Source: Chrysochromulina tobinii
Lineage: Eukaryota
Direction of reading: 5' to 3'
DNA: 34,687 nt
NCBI GenBank assembly: GCA_001275005.1
Contig: JWZX01003144.1
Span: 1-34,687 of the forward strand
A model generated the notes under the pieces. That model was not told where the DNA came from, did no database searches, and saw only the letters and a list, made by a program, of their open reading frames with translations. A program made the translations under genes and the position numbers. Below, piece after piece: positions 21,001 to 30,928 of this stretch (position 1 is the first letter of the stretch; each line of letters starts with the position of its first letter).

Positions 21001-23289
21001 GACCCGCCCGTGCTGGGTGCAGCTGTGGCACACGGACTTGCGTCTGCTGGAGGCCATCCCTCCCTCTGGCGGCGAGCGTCCGCTCTGGTCGTGTGGTGGG
21101 CTCTTCCGACGCGTGCCACTCGCGCATGTGGATGCCTTCGCCGTCATCGGCGGCTCGAGGTTGCGGGTGCGTCTCCGCGATGGATCGGAGCTCGTGTTTG
21201 CGACCGCGTCGTCGGCCGAAGCCGAACGATGGAGGAGGGCGATGCACAAGGCACGTGGTGCGACTCCCAGGCGCGCCTTTTTGCAGGACGCGATTGGAGA
21301 GGTTCTCGCGACTCATGGGGCAGCCACGGCGGCGGAACAGGCGCGCTGGCTGTGCCTAGCCGCCTCCTGGGGCGAGACCGACGAGGTGTGCGCCTTGCTG
21401 CGTGCGGGAGCGAGTGTCGGCGGCAGCCAGCAGCGCTACCGGCGCACGCCTCTACACTACGCGAGCCTCAACGGGCACACTGGCACGGTAGTTGCGTTGC
21501 TAGCGGCCAAAGCCGAGCCCAATGCCCTCGACGCGGATGGCACATCGGCGCTCGAGGCGGCGCTTGAGCTCGGGCACACGCCATGCGCACGCGTGCTTGC
21601 GGCCGCCGGCAGCGTGCTCACTCCTCGCGCCGAGGAGCTGGCTCTCAACTCGGGCCGCTCGTTAGGCCGCCTACTGGCCAGCCTGCGGGCGGCGCAGTGG
21701 CAGGCGACGCGAGGGACGAGCCTGCTTGGCGCACCGACCTCGCCGCTCAAGTCACCACGTGCTGCCCTGAACGCCTCCAAACGTTTGGAGGAGGAGCAAC
21801 AGCGCGCAGCCAAGGCGTGGCGCGCTACGGTCGACGCGGCGCCCCCCTCACCCCCTCAACAGCTGAGCCTCGGGAGCCCTTCAGGCATGCAGCCAGAGCC
21901 TCCGGTGCTGCCGCCGCCGACGGCACCCGAATGGACGATCCCCACAGCCCTGTCCAGCATGCAAGTGCTCACCACGGCGCGCTCTCTGCGCAGGTGGCCG
22001 AGCTCGGCCCCGAATGGAAGATCCCCACAGCCCCAGAGATGCGCGAGCTTTGCATCTTGGGCATTCCGCCGGAGCTGCGGCAGCGCGCCTGGCCAATGCT
22101 GCTCTCTATGCGAGCGCCGCTCGAGCCCAGTGCCACCGAGTACCGGCTATTGCGCCAGGCGGCCGACGAGCGCCGAGCCGAGCGCGCACACCTCCGAGCA
22201 GCCGCACGGGCTAGGGAGGGTGCTGCAGAGGGAAGCCAGCATGCTGCCGGTGCTTCTCGTCAGGACAGCGCGGCAGGCGCGGCAGGCGCGGCAGGCGCGG
22301 CAGGCGCGGCAGGCGCGGCCCGCGCGCCGGCCGAGGCGAGCGAGGAGGCGGATTCCGACTCGATGCGAAGCGAGAGGCTCATTGAAACGGACCTCAGCCG
22401 AACCTTTCCGAAGGTGCTCCTCTTTGCGGAGGGAGGGCCGTTGCGCGCTCTGCTGAGCGAGGTGCTGCACATCTACTGTGCGCTACCTGGCAGCCTGCCG
22501 TACCGGCAGGGCATGTCGCACCTCGCGGCGGTGCTTCTGCTCCACTTGCAAGAGCCGGCGCTCACGTGCGCGTCGCTCAGCTCGCTGCTGGGTGGCTACC
22601 CGATCCTTCGGGCGTGCGCCTCGTTGCATCTCCGTCCAGGTACGAGCTGATTGCATCTGATTGCATCTGATTGCATCTGATTGCATCTGATTGCGCCTCG
22701 TTGCGCCTCGTTGCATCTCCGTCCAGCCGTCGAGTTCTTCGACGCGACGCTCGCGCGGCAGCTGCCGGCGCTCGCTTCTCGGCTCTCGCGGCTCGAGATC
22801 TCGTCGCATCTCTACCTGACGCCGTGGATCCTCACGCTCTTCTCGCGCTCGCTGCCACTCTCGACCGCTTGCCGCATTTGGGATCGTGTGCTCGCCGACG
22901 GCGAGGCTGAGCTCTTCCGAGCGGCGCTCGCGATCCTGCAGCTGCTCCAGCCCGTACTGCTCCTCGCTGGCTTTGAGGAGGCCGTGCAGCTGCTCACCAA
23001 CCTGCCGATGCTGCCTGCCGAGGAGACCGATGCGCTCGAGACGGCGCCCGAGGGCGGCGCAAGCGATACGAGCGCGCCGAGTCGAGCGCTCGTATCGCTC
23101 GACGAGGGCGTCGTCGCCGCGGCAGCAGCTACGATCACCACGATGGCAACCGGAGGCGCGCCCCGGCACGATCAGATGGTCGAGGCCGAGCTGCTCGCGA
23201 CGATGACGCGCGTGCAACTACCGCAGGCTGAGTTCGAAAAGCTCCTCGTTAGGTGCATAGTGCACGGGGGGCGCTCAGAGGAACAATAA
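18077..23289 (+). CDS. Multidomain Rab-GAP: PX - RCC1 repeats - Pro-rich - PH - ankyrin - TBC; exons 18077-19723, 19829-21829 (or -21904), 21994-22639, 22727-23289; about 1620-1640 aa
   Basis: Four consecutive ORFs join in frame via three GT-AG introns. PX: TFYRIQV..RTLADFQALHAALK..LQEFL. RCC1: WGSGQHGQLGHG, FGDGAHGQLG, CGANASGELGLG. PH: KEGLL..ERWRRAM. ANK: RTPLHYASLNGH. TBC: GIPPELRQRAW, IETDLSRTF, YRQGMS, WILTLFSR, RIWD. Confidence 0.8.
19724..19828 (+). other. Intron A (105 nt; alternative donor 19739) containing a 48-nt copy of the downstream exon
   Basis: CAG|GTGCAC...GCCTCCCTCATCAG|GTGCAC; splicing removes the in-frame TGA at 19790 and restores an RCC1 repeat (GQ|VHAIAAGHEHS). Confidence 0.85.
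21830..21993 (+). other. Intron B (donor 21830 or 21905; acceptor 21993)
   Basis: Acceptor ...GTGCTCACCACGGCGCGCTCTCTGCGCAG|GTG. Either phase-0 donor corrects the frame shift between the ANK and TBC regions. Contains a 25-nt copy of downstream exon sequence. Confidence 0.65.
22640..22726 (+). other. Intron C (87 nt) with (CTGATTGCAT)x4 and a 25-nt copy of the upstream exon end
   Basis: CAG|GTACGA...CCGTCCAG|CC; splicing removes the in-frame TGA at 22648 and makes the TBC domain continuous (LHLRPAVEFF). Confidence 0.88.
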
Positions 23290-23742
23290 CTGTCTCGGGC
23301 ATGGTCTCGGATTGGGTTGTTTGAAGCGGTAGATTGCCAACTGTTTCAGTATTCAGTGAAATTCAGTCAGACAAAGTGGTCATTCCCGGCGATCCCGCAG
23401 TCGTGGGGCCCCTGGGGCCTATGCGGGCACAGCACCACCAGCTTTCAGTTTCACGCACCGGCGACCGGGGTGTTCGATCGCTACTGACACCTCCCGCGCC
23501 ACCCGCGCCGTCCGCGTACGCGCTCAGCACCGCTCCGGCGTACTGCGACCACCGCGCACGACTAGACTGAGATCTGAGCTCACTGCGAACAAGTTAGACT
23601 GGCACACAATCTGGTCTCTGCGACTGCGTCGCTCTTGGAGCTAGTGAAGCTGTAATGGTCAGCGAAGCACACCCCGCTCTCGCCAACAAACCCTCGCCGG
23701 TCGGATTTTCGTTGTTGCTGAGGAGATTGATGCTCATTGCTG

Positions 23743-26040
23743 CTACTGGCGCCGCTCGGAGGCATCGACGGTCCGCGCCTCCGCCTCGTCCTTGGGCCCA
23801 TCACGCCCGTCGGCGTGCAGAACCGCGAGGACGCACTGCGACTTAGCATGACCTTGAGCAGCCGCGAGGCCGAGCAGCCGCCGCGCCTCCGCCTCGTCCT
23901 TGGGTCCGCCACGCCCGTCCTCGTGCATGAGCGCGAGGTTGTACTGCGCTTGAGCAACACCTTGCACAGCCGCGAGGCCATACAGCCGCCGCGCCTCCGC
24001 CTCGTCCTTGGGTCCGCCGCGCCCTTGCGAGTGCATGAGCCCGAGGTTGTACTGCGCTCGAGCATAGCCTTGCGCAGCTGCGAGAGCATATAGCCGCCGC
24101 GCCTCCGCCTCGTCCTTGGGTCCGCCACGCCCGTCCGCGTGCATGAGCGCGAGGTTGTACTGCGCTTCAGCATCACCTTGCTCAGCCGCGAGGCCATACA
24201 GCCGCCGCGCCTCCGCCTCGTCCTTGGGTCCGCCGCGCCCGTCCCTGTGCATGACCGCGAGGTTGTTCTGCGCTTGAGCGACACCTTGCTCAGCCGCGAG
24301 GCCATACAGCCGCCGCGCCTCCGCCTCGTCCTTGGGTCCGCCGTGCCCTTGCGCGTGCATGACCGCGAGGTTGCACTGCGCTTGAGCATCACCTTGCGCA
24401 GCCGCGAGGCCAAACAGCCGCCGCGCCACCGCCTCGTCCTTGGGTCCGCCGTGCCCTTGCGCGTGCATGAGCGCGAGGTTGCACTGCGCTTGAGCATCAC
24501 CTTGCGCAGCCGCGAGGCCATACAGCCGCCGCGCCTCCGCCTCGTCCTTGGGTCCGCCACGTCCCTGCGCGTGCATGAGCGCGAGGTTGTACTGCGCTTG
24601 AGCATCACCTTGCACAGCCGCGAGGCCATACAGCCGCCGCGCCTCCGCCTCGTCCTTGGGTCCGCCACACCCGTCCCTGTGCATGACCGCGAGGTTGTTC
24701 TGCGCTTGAGCGACACCTTGCTCAGCCGCGAGGCCATACAGCCGCCGCGCCTCCGCCTCGTCCTTGGGTCCGCCACGCCCGTCCGCGTGCAAAACCGCGA
24801 GGGTGTACTGCGCTTGAGCATCACCTTGCGCAGCCGCGAGGCCGAGCAGCCGCCGCGCCTCCGCCTCGTCCTTGGGTCCGCCGAGCCCGTCTGCGTGCAT
24901 GAGCCCGAGGTTGCACTGCGCTTGAGCATTAACTTGAGCATCACCTTGCACAGTCGCGAGGCCATACAGCCGCCGCGCCTCCGCCTCATCTTTGGGTCCG
25001 TATTTGGGTCCGCCACGTCCGTGCCCTTGCATGGAGTCTTCTCGGGAGGGGAGAGCAAAACTGTCAGCCGACGAAGGCACCGGTGCGCATGAGCAGAGTT
25101 TGCATCGACGCACGGTTGCACCCTTCTTCAGCTGCGCTTGCGTGAAGGCTTCTTTGGGCCGTCGCTCTTTGCATTGAGAGCAGAGCGACCCGACAATCTT
25201 GACCTCAGATGGAGAAGCCGGTGCTGGCGATTCCCTCCGAATCTCATCGCACCCGTCCACAGTCAGGTGCGAGTCGAATAGACGCTGGTCGATGATCGGG
25301 AGTGCTCGCCACCACTGAGCAAAGGTGATCAAAGGGCAGTTGCCACGCCTCACCTGGTCTTGAGTCCAGAGCCAATCCGAACGAATCTGCTTCACCTCCT
25401 CCGAGAGGACCTCGTCCACCTCGAGCCGTAGTGACGATGCTGCTGACGATGATGATGATTCGTGTGGCCCAGCAGCTGATTCAGGCCGTGGCCGCGGCGG
25501 CTGAAGTGGCGGCGGCGGAGGCGGCAGTGGCGGGGGCGGCAGCAGAGGCGGCGGCGGCGGCAGTGGTGATCGTGGCGGCGGCGGTAGCGGTGGCGGTGAC
25601 GGCAGCGATGGTCTCAGCATCTGCATTGTAACTGTCGTCGGTGCTGTCGGTGCCATCGGCGCTGGCGGCTCTAGCGCTGTCGACGGCGTGGCACTTGACA
25701 CGTGAGGTGCAACTGGCTGGACTTCACCACGTCCACCGCCACGGCCGCCACGGCCGCCACGGCCGCCACGGCCGCCGCGGCCGCCGCGGCCAGCCCCTTG
25801 CACGTACGCCGGTGAGAATGCGGCCAATGCAGCGAGGAGTCCACGGTTAGTGTTGATGCGTGCACCCGCAGGTATGATCTCCCTGCATTCTGGACATGAA
25901 AACGAAGATGAGGCGTCGGGACGCACGGTCTCGACGCAGCGCGCACACAGCTCATGGCTGCCGTCGCAAGGAATGATCTTGGGCTCGCGCTCACCCTCGT
26001 CGAAAGATTCCAAGCACACCGGACACTCAAGAGCGCTCAT
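23743..26040 (-). CDS. RING finger - RGG - Pro-rich - C4 zinc finger (Stc1-like) - Sel1 repeat protein, about 765 aa
   Basis: LECPVC..PC.GSHELCARC..CPECR RING; (GGR)5; CSQC..AFTQAQLKK..RRCKLC; 12 PKDEAxAR motifs of Sel1 type. Start assigned to MSALEC at 26040. Confidence 0.8.
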   Translation of the reverse strand: MSALECPVCLESFDEGEREPKIIPCDGSHELCARCVETVRPDASSSFSCPECREIIPAGARINTNRGLLAALAAFSPAYVQGAGRGGRGGRGGRGGRGGRGGGRGEVQPVAPHVSSATPSTALEPPAPMAPTAPTTVTMQMLRPSLPSPPPLPPPPRSPLPPPPPLLPPPPLPPPPPPLQPPRPRPESAAGPHESSSSSAASSLRLEVDEVLSEEVKQIRSDWLWTQDQVRRGNCPLITFAQWWRALPIIDQRLFDSHLTVDGCDEIRRESPAPASPSEVKIVGSLCSQCKERRPKEAFTQAQLKKGATVRRCKLCSCAPVPSSADSFALPSREDSMQGHGRGGPKYGPKDEAEARRLYGLATVQGDAQVNAQAQCNLGLMHADGLGGPKDEAEARRLLGLAAAQGDAQAQYTLAVLHADGRGGPKDEAEARRLYGLAAEQGVAQAQNNLAVMHRDGCGGPKDEAEARRLYGLAAVQGDAQAQYNLALMHAQGRGGPKDEAEARRLYGLAAAQGDAQAQCNLALMHAQGHGGPKDEAVARRLFGLAAAQGDAQAQCNLAVMHAQGHGGPKDEAEARRLYGLAAEQGVAQAQNNLAVMHRDGRGGPKDEAEARRLYGLAAEQGDAEAQYNLALMHADGRGGPKDEAEARRLYALAAAQGYARAQYNLGLMHSQGRGGPKDEAEARRLYGLAAVQGVAQAQYNLALMHEDGRGGPKDEAEARRLLGLAAAQGHAKSQCVLAVLHADGRDGPKDEAEARTVDASERRQ
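23770..25030 (-). repeat. 108-bp tandem array (about 11 full units) encoding Sel1-like repeats
   Basis: CAGCCGCCGCGCCTCCGCCTCGTCCTTGGGTCCGCC recurs every 108 nt on the + strand. Confidence 0.95.
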
Positions 26041-26254
26041 GTTTGCTGGCGGCAGCGGCTCGTCCGCGAGCGGCCTCCTACCGAGTTCCTTCGCGCGAGG
26101 CGAAGCTGCACACTTATCCGATTTGGAAAATTGTTGTTTGCATGCAATTTTTTTATCAGGCTCTCCCACCAACCCCTGCAGACGACACAAACTTCACACA
26201 CATTGTGCGAGGGTTCGAGAGCAACTTCGAGACGAAACCTCGTACTGTATCGTG

Positions 26255-28068
26255 ATGCGGGGCCTGGTGGCAAGCGCCTCACGCCGGGCGGCGCGGCATT
26301 GCGCGCTGATGCTCACAACTGTGGCGGGTACTGGAAGTGGCAAGCCTTCGCGGCCGGGCAGCAGCGGTGCTCCTAGCGCGAGTGCCGCGCTGCTGTCCGT
26401 CGCCAGTGCAACCTTTCTTCCACACCGCCCGATCGCTGAAAGGGCGATGGCGTACCTCGACAAGAGCCCTGACCCCTTCCACGCGACCCAGAATGCGTGC
26501 GACCGCCTAGCGGCCGCAGGATTCATGGCCATTGATGAGAAGGACGCATGGACCGGCAAACTGGCGAAGGGCGGCCGCTACTATTTCACCCGCAACCGCT
26601 CTTGCATTGTGGCTTTTGCAGTGGGCGGTGCTTACGAGCCTGGAAACGGTTTCAAGGTGATCGGTGCGCACACCGACTCGCCCAATCTACGGGTGAAGCC
26701 GCGCTCCAAGCGCTCCAATGCTGGCATCACCCAGCTCAGCGTGGAGTGCTACGGCGGCGGCCTGTGGCATACGTGGTTCGATCGCGACCTGAGCCTCTCA
26801 GGCAGGGTGATGCTCCGGTCCGCTTCGGGCGGCTTCGAGCAACGGCTCGTGCGCATCCCACGGCCTGTGCTGCGTGTGCCCACGCTTTGCATCCACCTGC
26901 AGTCGACCGAAGAGCGCGAGGCGTTCAAGGTGAACAAGGAGGATCACCTGCCTCCGTTTCTGATTGCATCGCTGATTGCATCGCTGATTGCATCGCTGAT
27001 TGCCTCCCTCATCAGGTGAACAAGGAGGATCACCTGCAACCAATCTTGGCGACCGAGGCACTCAAGAGCCTTTCGGGCGATGCGAGCGCGGGGAGCGAAA
27101 GTGCCCAAGCGGCCGCCTCCGAGGGAGCGAGCGAGAGGCCGCTTGGCGAGGCGGGCGCTGTGGCGGGCGCTGAGGTACCCACGGGTGGCGAGAGCCGCGC
27201 AGAGAGTGACGAGACCAGGGCCGCCGCGGAATATTACGACGCGTCGAGCGTGCACGGCTGGGCCAACGGCCAAGAGCCTCTGCTCGTGTCCATGCTCGCC
27301 GAGGAGCTCGGCGTGCCCGCAGAGAGCATCCTGGACTTCGAGTGCTCGCTCTTCGACACGCAGCCTGCCGCCCTCTCCGGCGTCCACTCCGAGTTCCTCG
27401 TCTCGTCACGCCTCGACAACCTGGCCTCGTGCTTCGTGGCGACTGAAGCACTCATCGAGCACGCGCCGTCAGCCGAGGCGATCAAAGACGATCCAGACGT
27501 GTCGCTCATCGCGCTCTTCGACCACGAGGAGGTTGGCTCGGGCTCGACGAGCGGCGCGGGCTCGCCCGTGATGGGAGACGCCGTCCGACGTATCTCATCA
27601 GCGCTCTCGGGAGGTGGCACCTTGGCCGACGATGTGCTCGCGGCAGCGCTTTCCAAATCGTTCGTGCTCTCGGCCGACATGGCCCACGCCGTGCACCCAA
27701 ACTACGCGAGCAAGCACGAGAAGAGCCACGGCCCACAGATGAACCGCGGCATCGTGATCAAGTCCAATTCGAACCAACGGTACGCCTCCAACGGCGTCAC
27801 CTCCTTCGTGGTCCGTGAGCTCTCGCGCCGTGCCGGGCTCCCAGCGCCGCAGGAGTTTGTGGTGCGCAACGACTGTCCGTGCGGCTCGACGATCGGCCCG
27901 ATCATCTCAGCGAGCACGGGCATGCGCGCGGTCGACGTGGGCATGCCGATGCTCAGCATGCACTCGGTGCGCGAGGTCATGGGGGTCGCCGACCTGACGC
28001 ACGGCAAAGAGCTCTTCGCCGCCTTCCTCCGAGATTTCCGCGAGATCGACGCGATGCTCGACGGCTGA
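26255..28068 (+). CDS. DNPEP: Aspartyl aminopeptidase (peptidase M18); exons 26255-26929 and 27016-28068; about 575 aa with an N-terminal targeting-like extension
   Basis: SPDPFHA, GAHTDSP, YGGGLWHTWFDRDL, SRLDNL, FDHEEVGS, SADMAHAVHPNY, PCGSTIGP, LSMHSVRE. Confidence 0.95.
26930..27015 (+). other. Intron D (86 nt) with (CTGATTGCATCG)x3 and a 24-nt exon duplication
   Basis: AAG|GTGAAC...CTGATTGCCTCCCTCATCAG|GTGAAC; splicing corrects the frame shift inside a conserved enzyme (AFK|VNKEDHLQPIL). Confidence 0.92.
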
Positions 28069-28858
28069 GCGCGCGCGGCCGTTGGCAGCATCGGCGCGGC
28101 GCGTGGCGCGCGGCGGCGGCGCGCGACGGCGGCGGCTAGGCGGCGGCGGCTAGGCGGCGGCATGTGCTGGGGCTCTTTACTGGACAACTGGAGGGAAGCC
28201 TCGAAGAGAGGCCGAAGGGATCGGAGGTTCGGTTTTTCTATTGTCGGATACGGGGGGACCTCGGACGGACCAGCACCATCCTCCACGCGGCGCGGCCGCC
28301 CACCCGCCACCGCCGCGTCGCAATACGCGAATGCGGCGGATCTGGTGAGGCGTGTTGAGGGTTGATGACTCTACAAGTACAGGTTGATGCAAATTCCGTA
28401 TCGAAGTCGGTGTATAAGACGGAGAGGGGAGAGGCAGCGGAAAGCATGGTTATAAGTCGAGACACTGCCCGATCGAGGCGCAGGCCGCAGCGCCTCGAGC
28501 GAAGCCGCGGGGGCCCGACCCGCGTGGGCTCTGATAGCGTGATAGTCAGTGCTCTCTCTCTCTCTCTCTGTGCATGCCTGCGGATCGCATGCGCTTTCTC
28601 CGCTCGCGGGCTCGCCGCGCCTCGAGCCGCGCCTGTCCTCGGCTGGATCTCCCCATGGACCCACGTAGCACAGTCGCACCCCTCCCCCACCCCTCCTCCG
28701 TCAAGCGGGCGTGCCATCCAGCCACACGAGGGGCGCACGCGCACACACGCGCGCGCACGCGCACACACGCGCCCCTCGTGCCGTCCACGTGGCGGTCCTC
28801 GACGTGGCGGCGCTCGATGGGGGGCAGTCACATGCGTGCGCTTGAGAGTCCGCGCTGA

Positions 28859-30844
28859 CTACCGCCCTTCGGGTGCGCCGCCCAGGTCACCCTCCTCGTC
28901 CAGGAAGACGTTCCACACGAGCACGGCGCCGTCGTCGCCCGCCGAGACGAGCTGCCGCCCGTCGGGTGCAAACTTGAGCGAGCGGATTGCCCCCGAGTGG
29001 CCGCGGCCCTCCGCGATCACGCCTGCCTTGACGAAGCTCCACAGCCGCACGACGCCGTCGACGCCGCCGGTGGCCACGATGGTGGAGGCGCACGCGTCGG
29101 CGGAGGGGTCGGCGTTGCTCGGCAGCGGCGGCGAGTACTGCGCGATCGCGAGGAACTCCGTCCCACACGGCATCGATTTGAGCGGCTCCGGCTCACGTAG
29201 ATCCCAAAAGGTGAGCGACTTCTCCTGACCGACCGTCGCCAGCTGCACGTGGTCGGGCAGCAGTATGACCGCGCTGATGCCGCCCATGCGCTGCGTGAGC
29301 GACGCCTTGCGGCTCTCGGTCTGCAGGTCCCACAGGTAGATCGTTCGGTCGCGTGAGCCCGAGACGACGTGGGAATCGTCGGCGAAGAGGCAGAGGGATG
29401 TGACGGCCGAGGTGTGCTGCTTGAGATTCACGATCATCTCGCGCGTGCGGATCTCCCAGACGCGCACCTCGCCGTGCTCGCCGCCCGACACGAGGAACTT
29501 TTTGTTGCGCGACGACGTCAGCGACGTCACGCCGTCGACGTGGCAATGGTCGATGGCCCACAGCTCCTGACCGTTCTCAGCCTCGTGCGCCCGGATCTTG
29601 CCATCCTCCCATCCTGTGAAGATGACGTCGCCCGTGAACGTGAGGCACGTCGGCTTGCCCGTAATCCTCGTCTGGCACGAGCCCATGCAGGTCACCTCGT
29701 ACGTGTTCACGTCCCACATGCGCACTGTGCCGTCCGCCGACGCCGTGGCGAAGTACTCGCTCGAGTCCGGTGGGTACGCGACGCAGGTGACAGCATCGTA
29801 GTGCCCCTCGGTCAGCATCCTGCACTCGGCGGGCGGCGCGGAGATGGCGCGGAAGTCGGCCATCGAGAGCTGCACCGCGTACACCCTGGCATGCGACGTG
29901 CCCGCGAGCAACTTGATCTCGCCGCTCCGGTCGTCCGCGGCACGCAGGACCAGCGCCGTCACGCCGCCATCGAGTGTGATCGTGCATGCCTCTGCTGACC
30001 CGCGCTGGTAGGTGCGGCAGGTCTGCGCGCCGTTGCGCTGCCCCTCGAAGACGCTGATCGAGCCGTCACCGCACCCGACGATCACGCGGTCGCCCGAGTT
30101 GGCCGTCCGCATCGCCACGATCGAGAGCACGCCGCCCGAGCCGCATCCCGTCGTCGAGTGGAGCACCTTGTGTTTCACGTGCACCGCCGTGAAGTCGGAC
30201 GAGGAGGAGCCTGCGAAGAAGTAGTCCTCGTCGAAGGAGAAGGCGATCGCGGTGAAGTTGCGCACCTGGTTGCCTAGCGTGCAGTCCTCCCTCGTGAACG
30301 AACCCTCCATCGGGTTGAGTGTCCAGTAGGTGAGGTTGGCGACCCCGCCGGTCGCAAGCTGGTAGTCGGTCGTCGGGCGCCGCTTCGTGTCTAGCCGGCG
30401 GCCGCCCCAGCACGCGCACGCGGTGTCCTTGATGCCCGTTTGCCTGGCCACGATCATGCCAGTCTGCATGTCCCACGCCACCATCTTCTTGTCGGCGCCC
30501 ACCGTCAACAGGAAGCGCTCGTCGTCCGAGATCATGACGAGTTTGATGCCCAGGTCGTGCTCCTGCAGTCGGTACATGATCTGGCGGCTATCGAAATCCC
30601 AGATGAGGACGTCCGAGTTCTCGCCATGCTGCCCAGAGACGATGTAGCGCCCGCTCTTGGAGAGGCTGACGCATGAGACATGGTCGTCGTGGCCGCGGAG
30701 AAAGTGCTGCTGATGCGCATCGCGAAGGCTAGCGACGACGACATTGCCGCCGAGCGCGTACACGATGTAGTCGCCGCTAGGATGCACGTGCACCGAGCCG
30801 CTCGCGACGTTGCCGCTAAACCCAATCGCGTGCTCGAGCTCCAT
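28859..30844 (-). CDS. CFAP52: CFAP52/WDR16-like WD40 ciliary protein, about 661 aa
   Basis: N-terminus MELEHAIGFSG..HVHPSG..YALG..QHFLRGH..VSCVSLSKSGRYIVSGQ is typical of WDR16/FAP52; many GH..WD repeats. May be a paralogue. Confidence 0.8.
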   Translation of the reverse strand: MELEHAIGFSGNVASGSVHVHPSGDYIVYALGGNVVVASLRDAHQQHFLRGHDDHVSCVSLSKSGRYIVSGQHGENSDVLIWDFDSRQIMYRLQEHDLGIKLVMISDDERFLLTVGADKKMVAWDMQTGMIVARQTGIKDTACACWGGRRLDTKRRPTTDYQLATGGVANLTYWTLNPMEGSFTREDCTLGNQVRNFTAIAFSFDEDYFFAGSSSSDFTAVHVKHKVLHSTTGCGSGGVLSIVAMRTANSGDRVIVGCGDGSISVFEGQRNGAQTCRTYQRGSAEACTITLDGGVTALVLRAADDRSGEIKLLAGTSHARVYAVQLSMADFRAISAPPAECRMLTEGHYDAVTCVAYPPDSSEYFATASADGTVRMWDVNTYEVTCMGSCQTRITGKPTCLTFTGDVIFTGWEDGKIRAHEAENGQELWAIDHCHVDGVTSLTSSRNKKFLVSGGEHGEVRVWEIRTREMIVNLKQHTSAVTSLCLFADDSHVVSGSRDRTIYLWDLQTESRKASLTQRMGGISAVILLPDHVQLATVGQEKSLTFWDLREPEPLKSMPCGTEFLAIAQYSPPLPSNADPSADACASTIVATGGVDGVVRLWSFVKAGVIAEGRGHSGAIRSLKFAPDGRQLVSAGDDGAVLVWNVFLDEEGDLGGAPEGR

Positions 30845-30928
30845 GCTCGCGACGACCTGCGATACGAAGCGCACTAGCCAACTGCCTCACCGTCTTGGGA
30901 GTGTGAAATAGCTGTTAATACTCGTTCT

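Noticed and set aside
23770..25030. 108-bp periodic array as a CRISPR array
   Set aside because: The segments between the conserved cores are similar to each other rather than unique, the period is exactly 36 codons, it translates to Sel1 repeats, and there are no cas genes.
23580..25121. Long overlapping ORFs 23580..25121(-) and 24139..25092(+)
   Set aside because: Stop-free alternative frames of a GC-rich tandem repeat; only the Sel1 frame resembles a known fold.
26930..27015. Frameshifts and stops in DNPEP, GT77 and the TBC gene as pseudogenes or assembly errors
   Set aside because: Each break is bounded by GT-AG whose removal restores frame and conserved motifs, and the breaks share sequence motifs across loci. 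Raw-read confirmation is still desirable.
28238..29228. ORFs between DNPEP and CFAP52
   Set aside because: They run through (CT)n and CA/CG microsatellite-like sequence and antisense to CFAP52; not gene-like.
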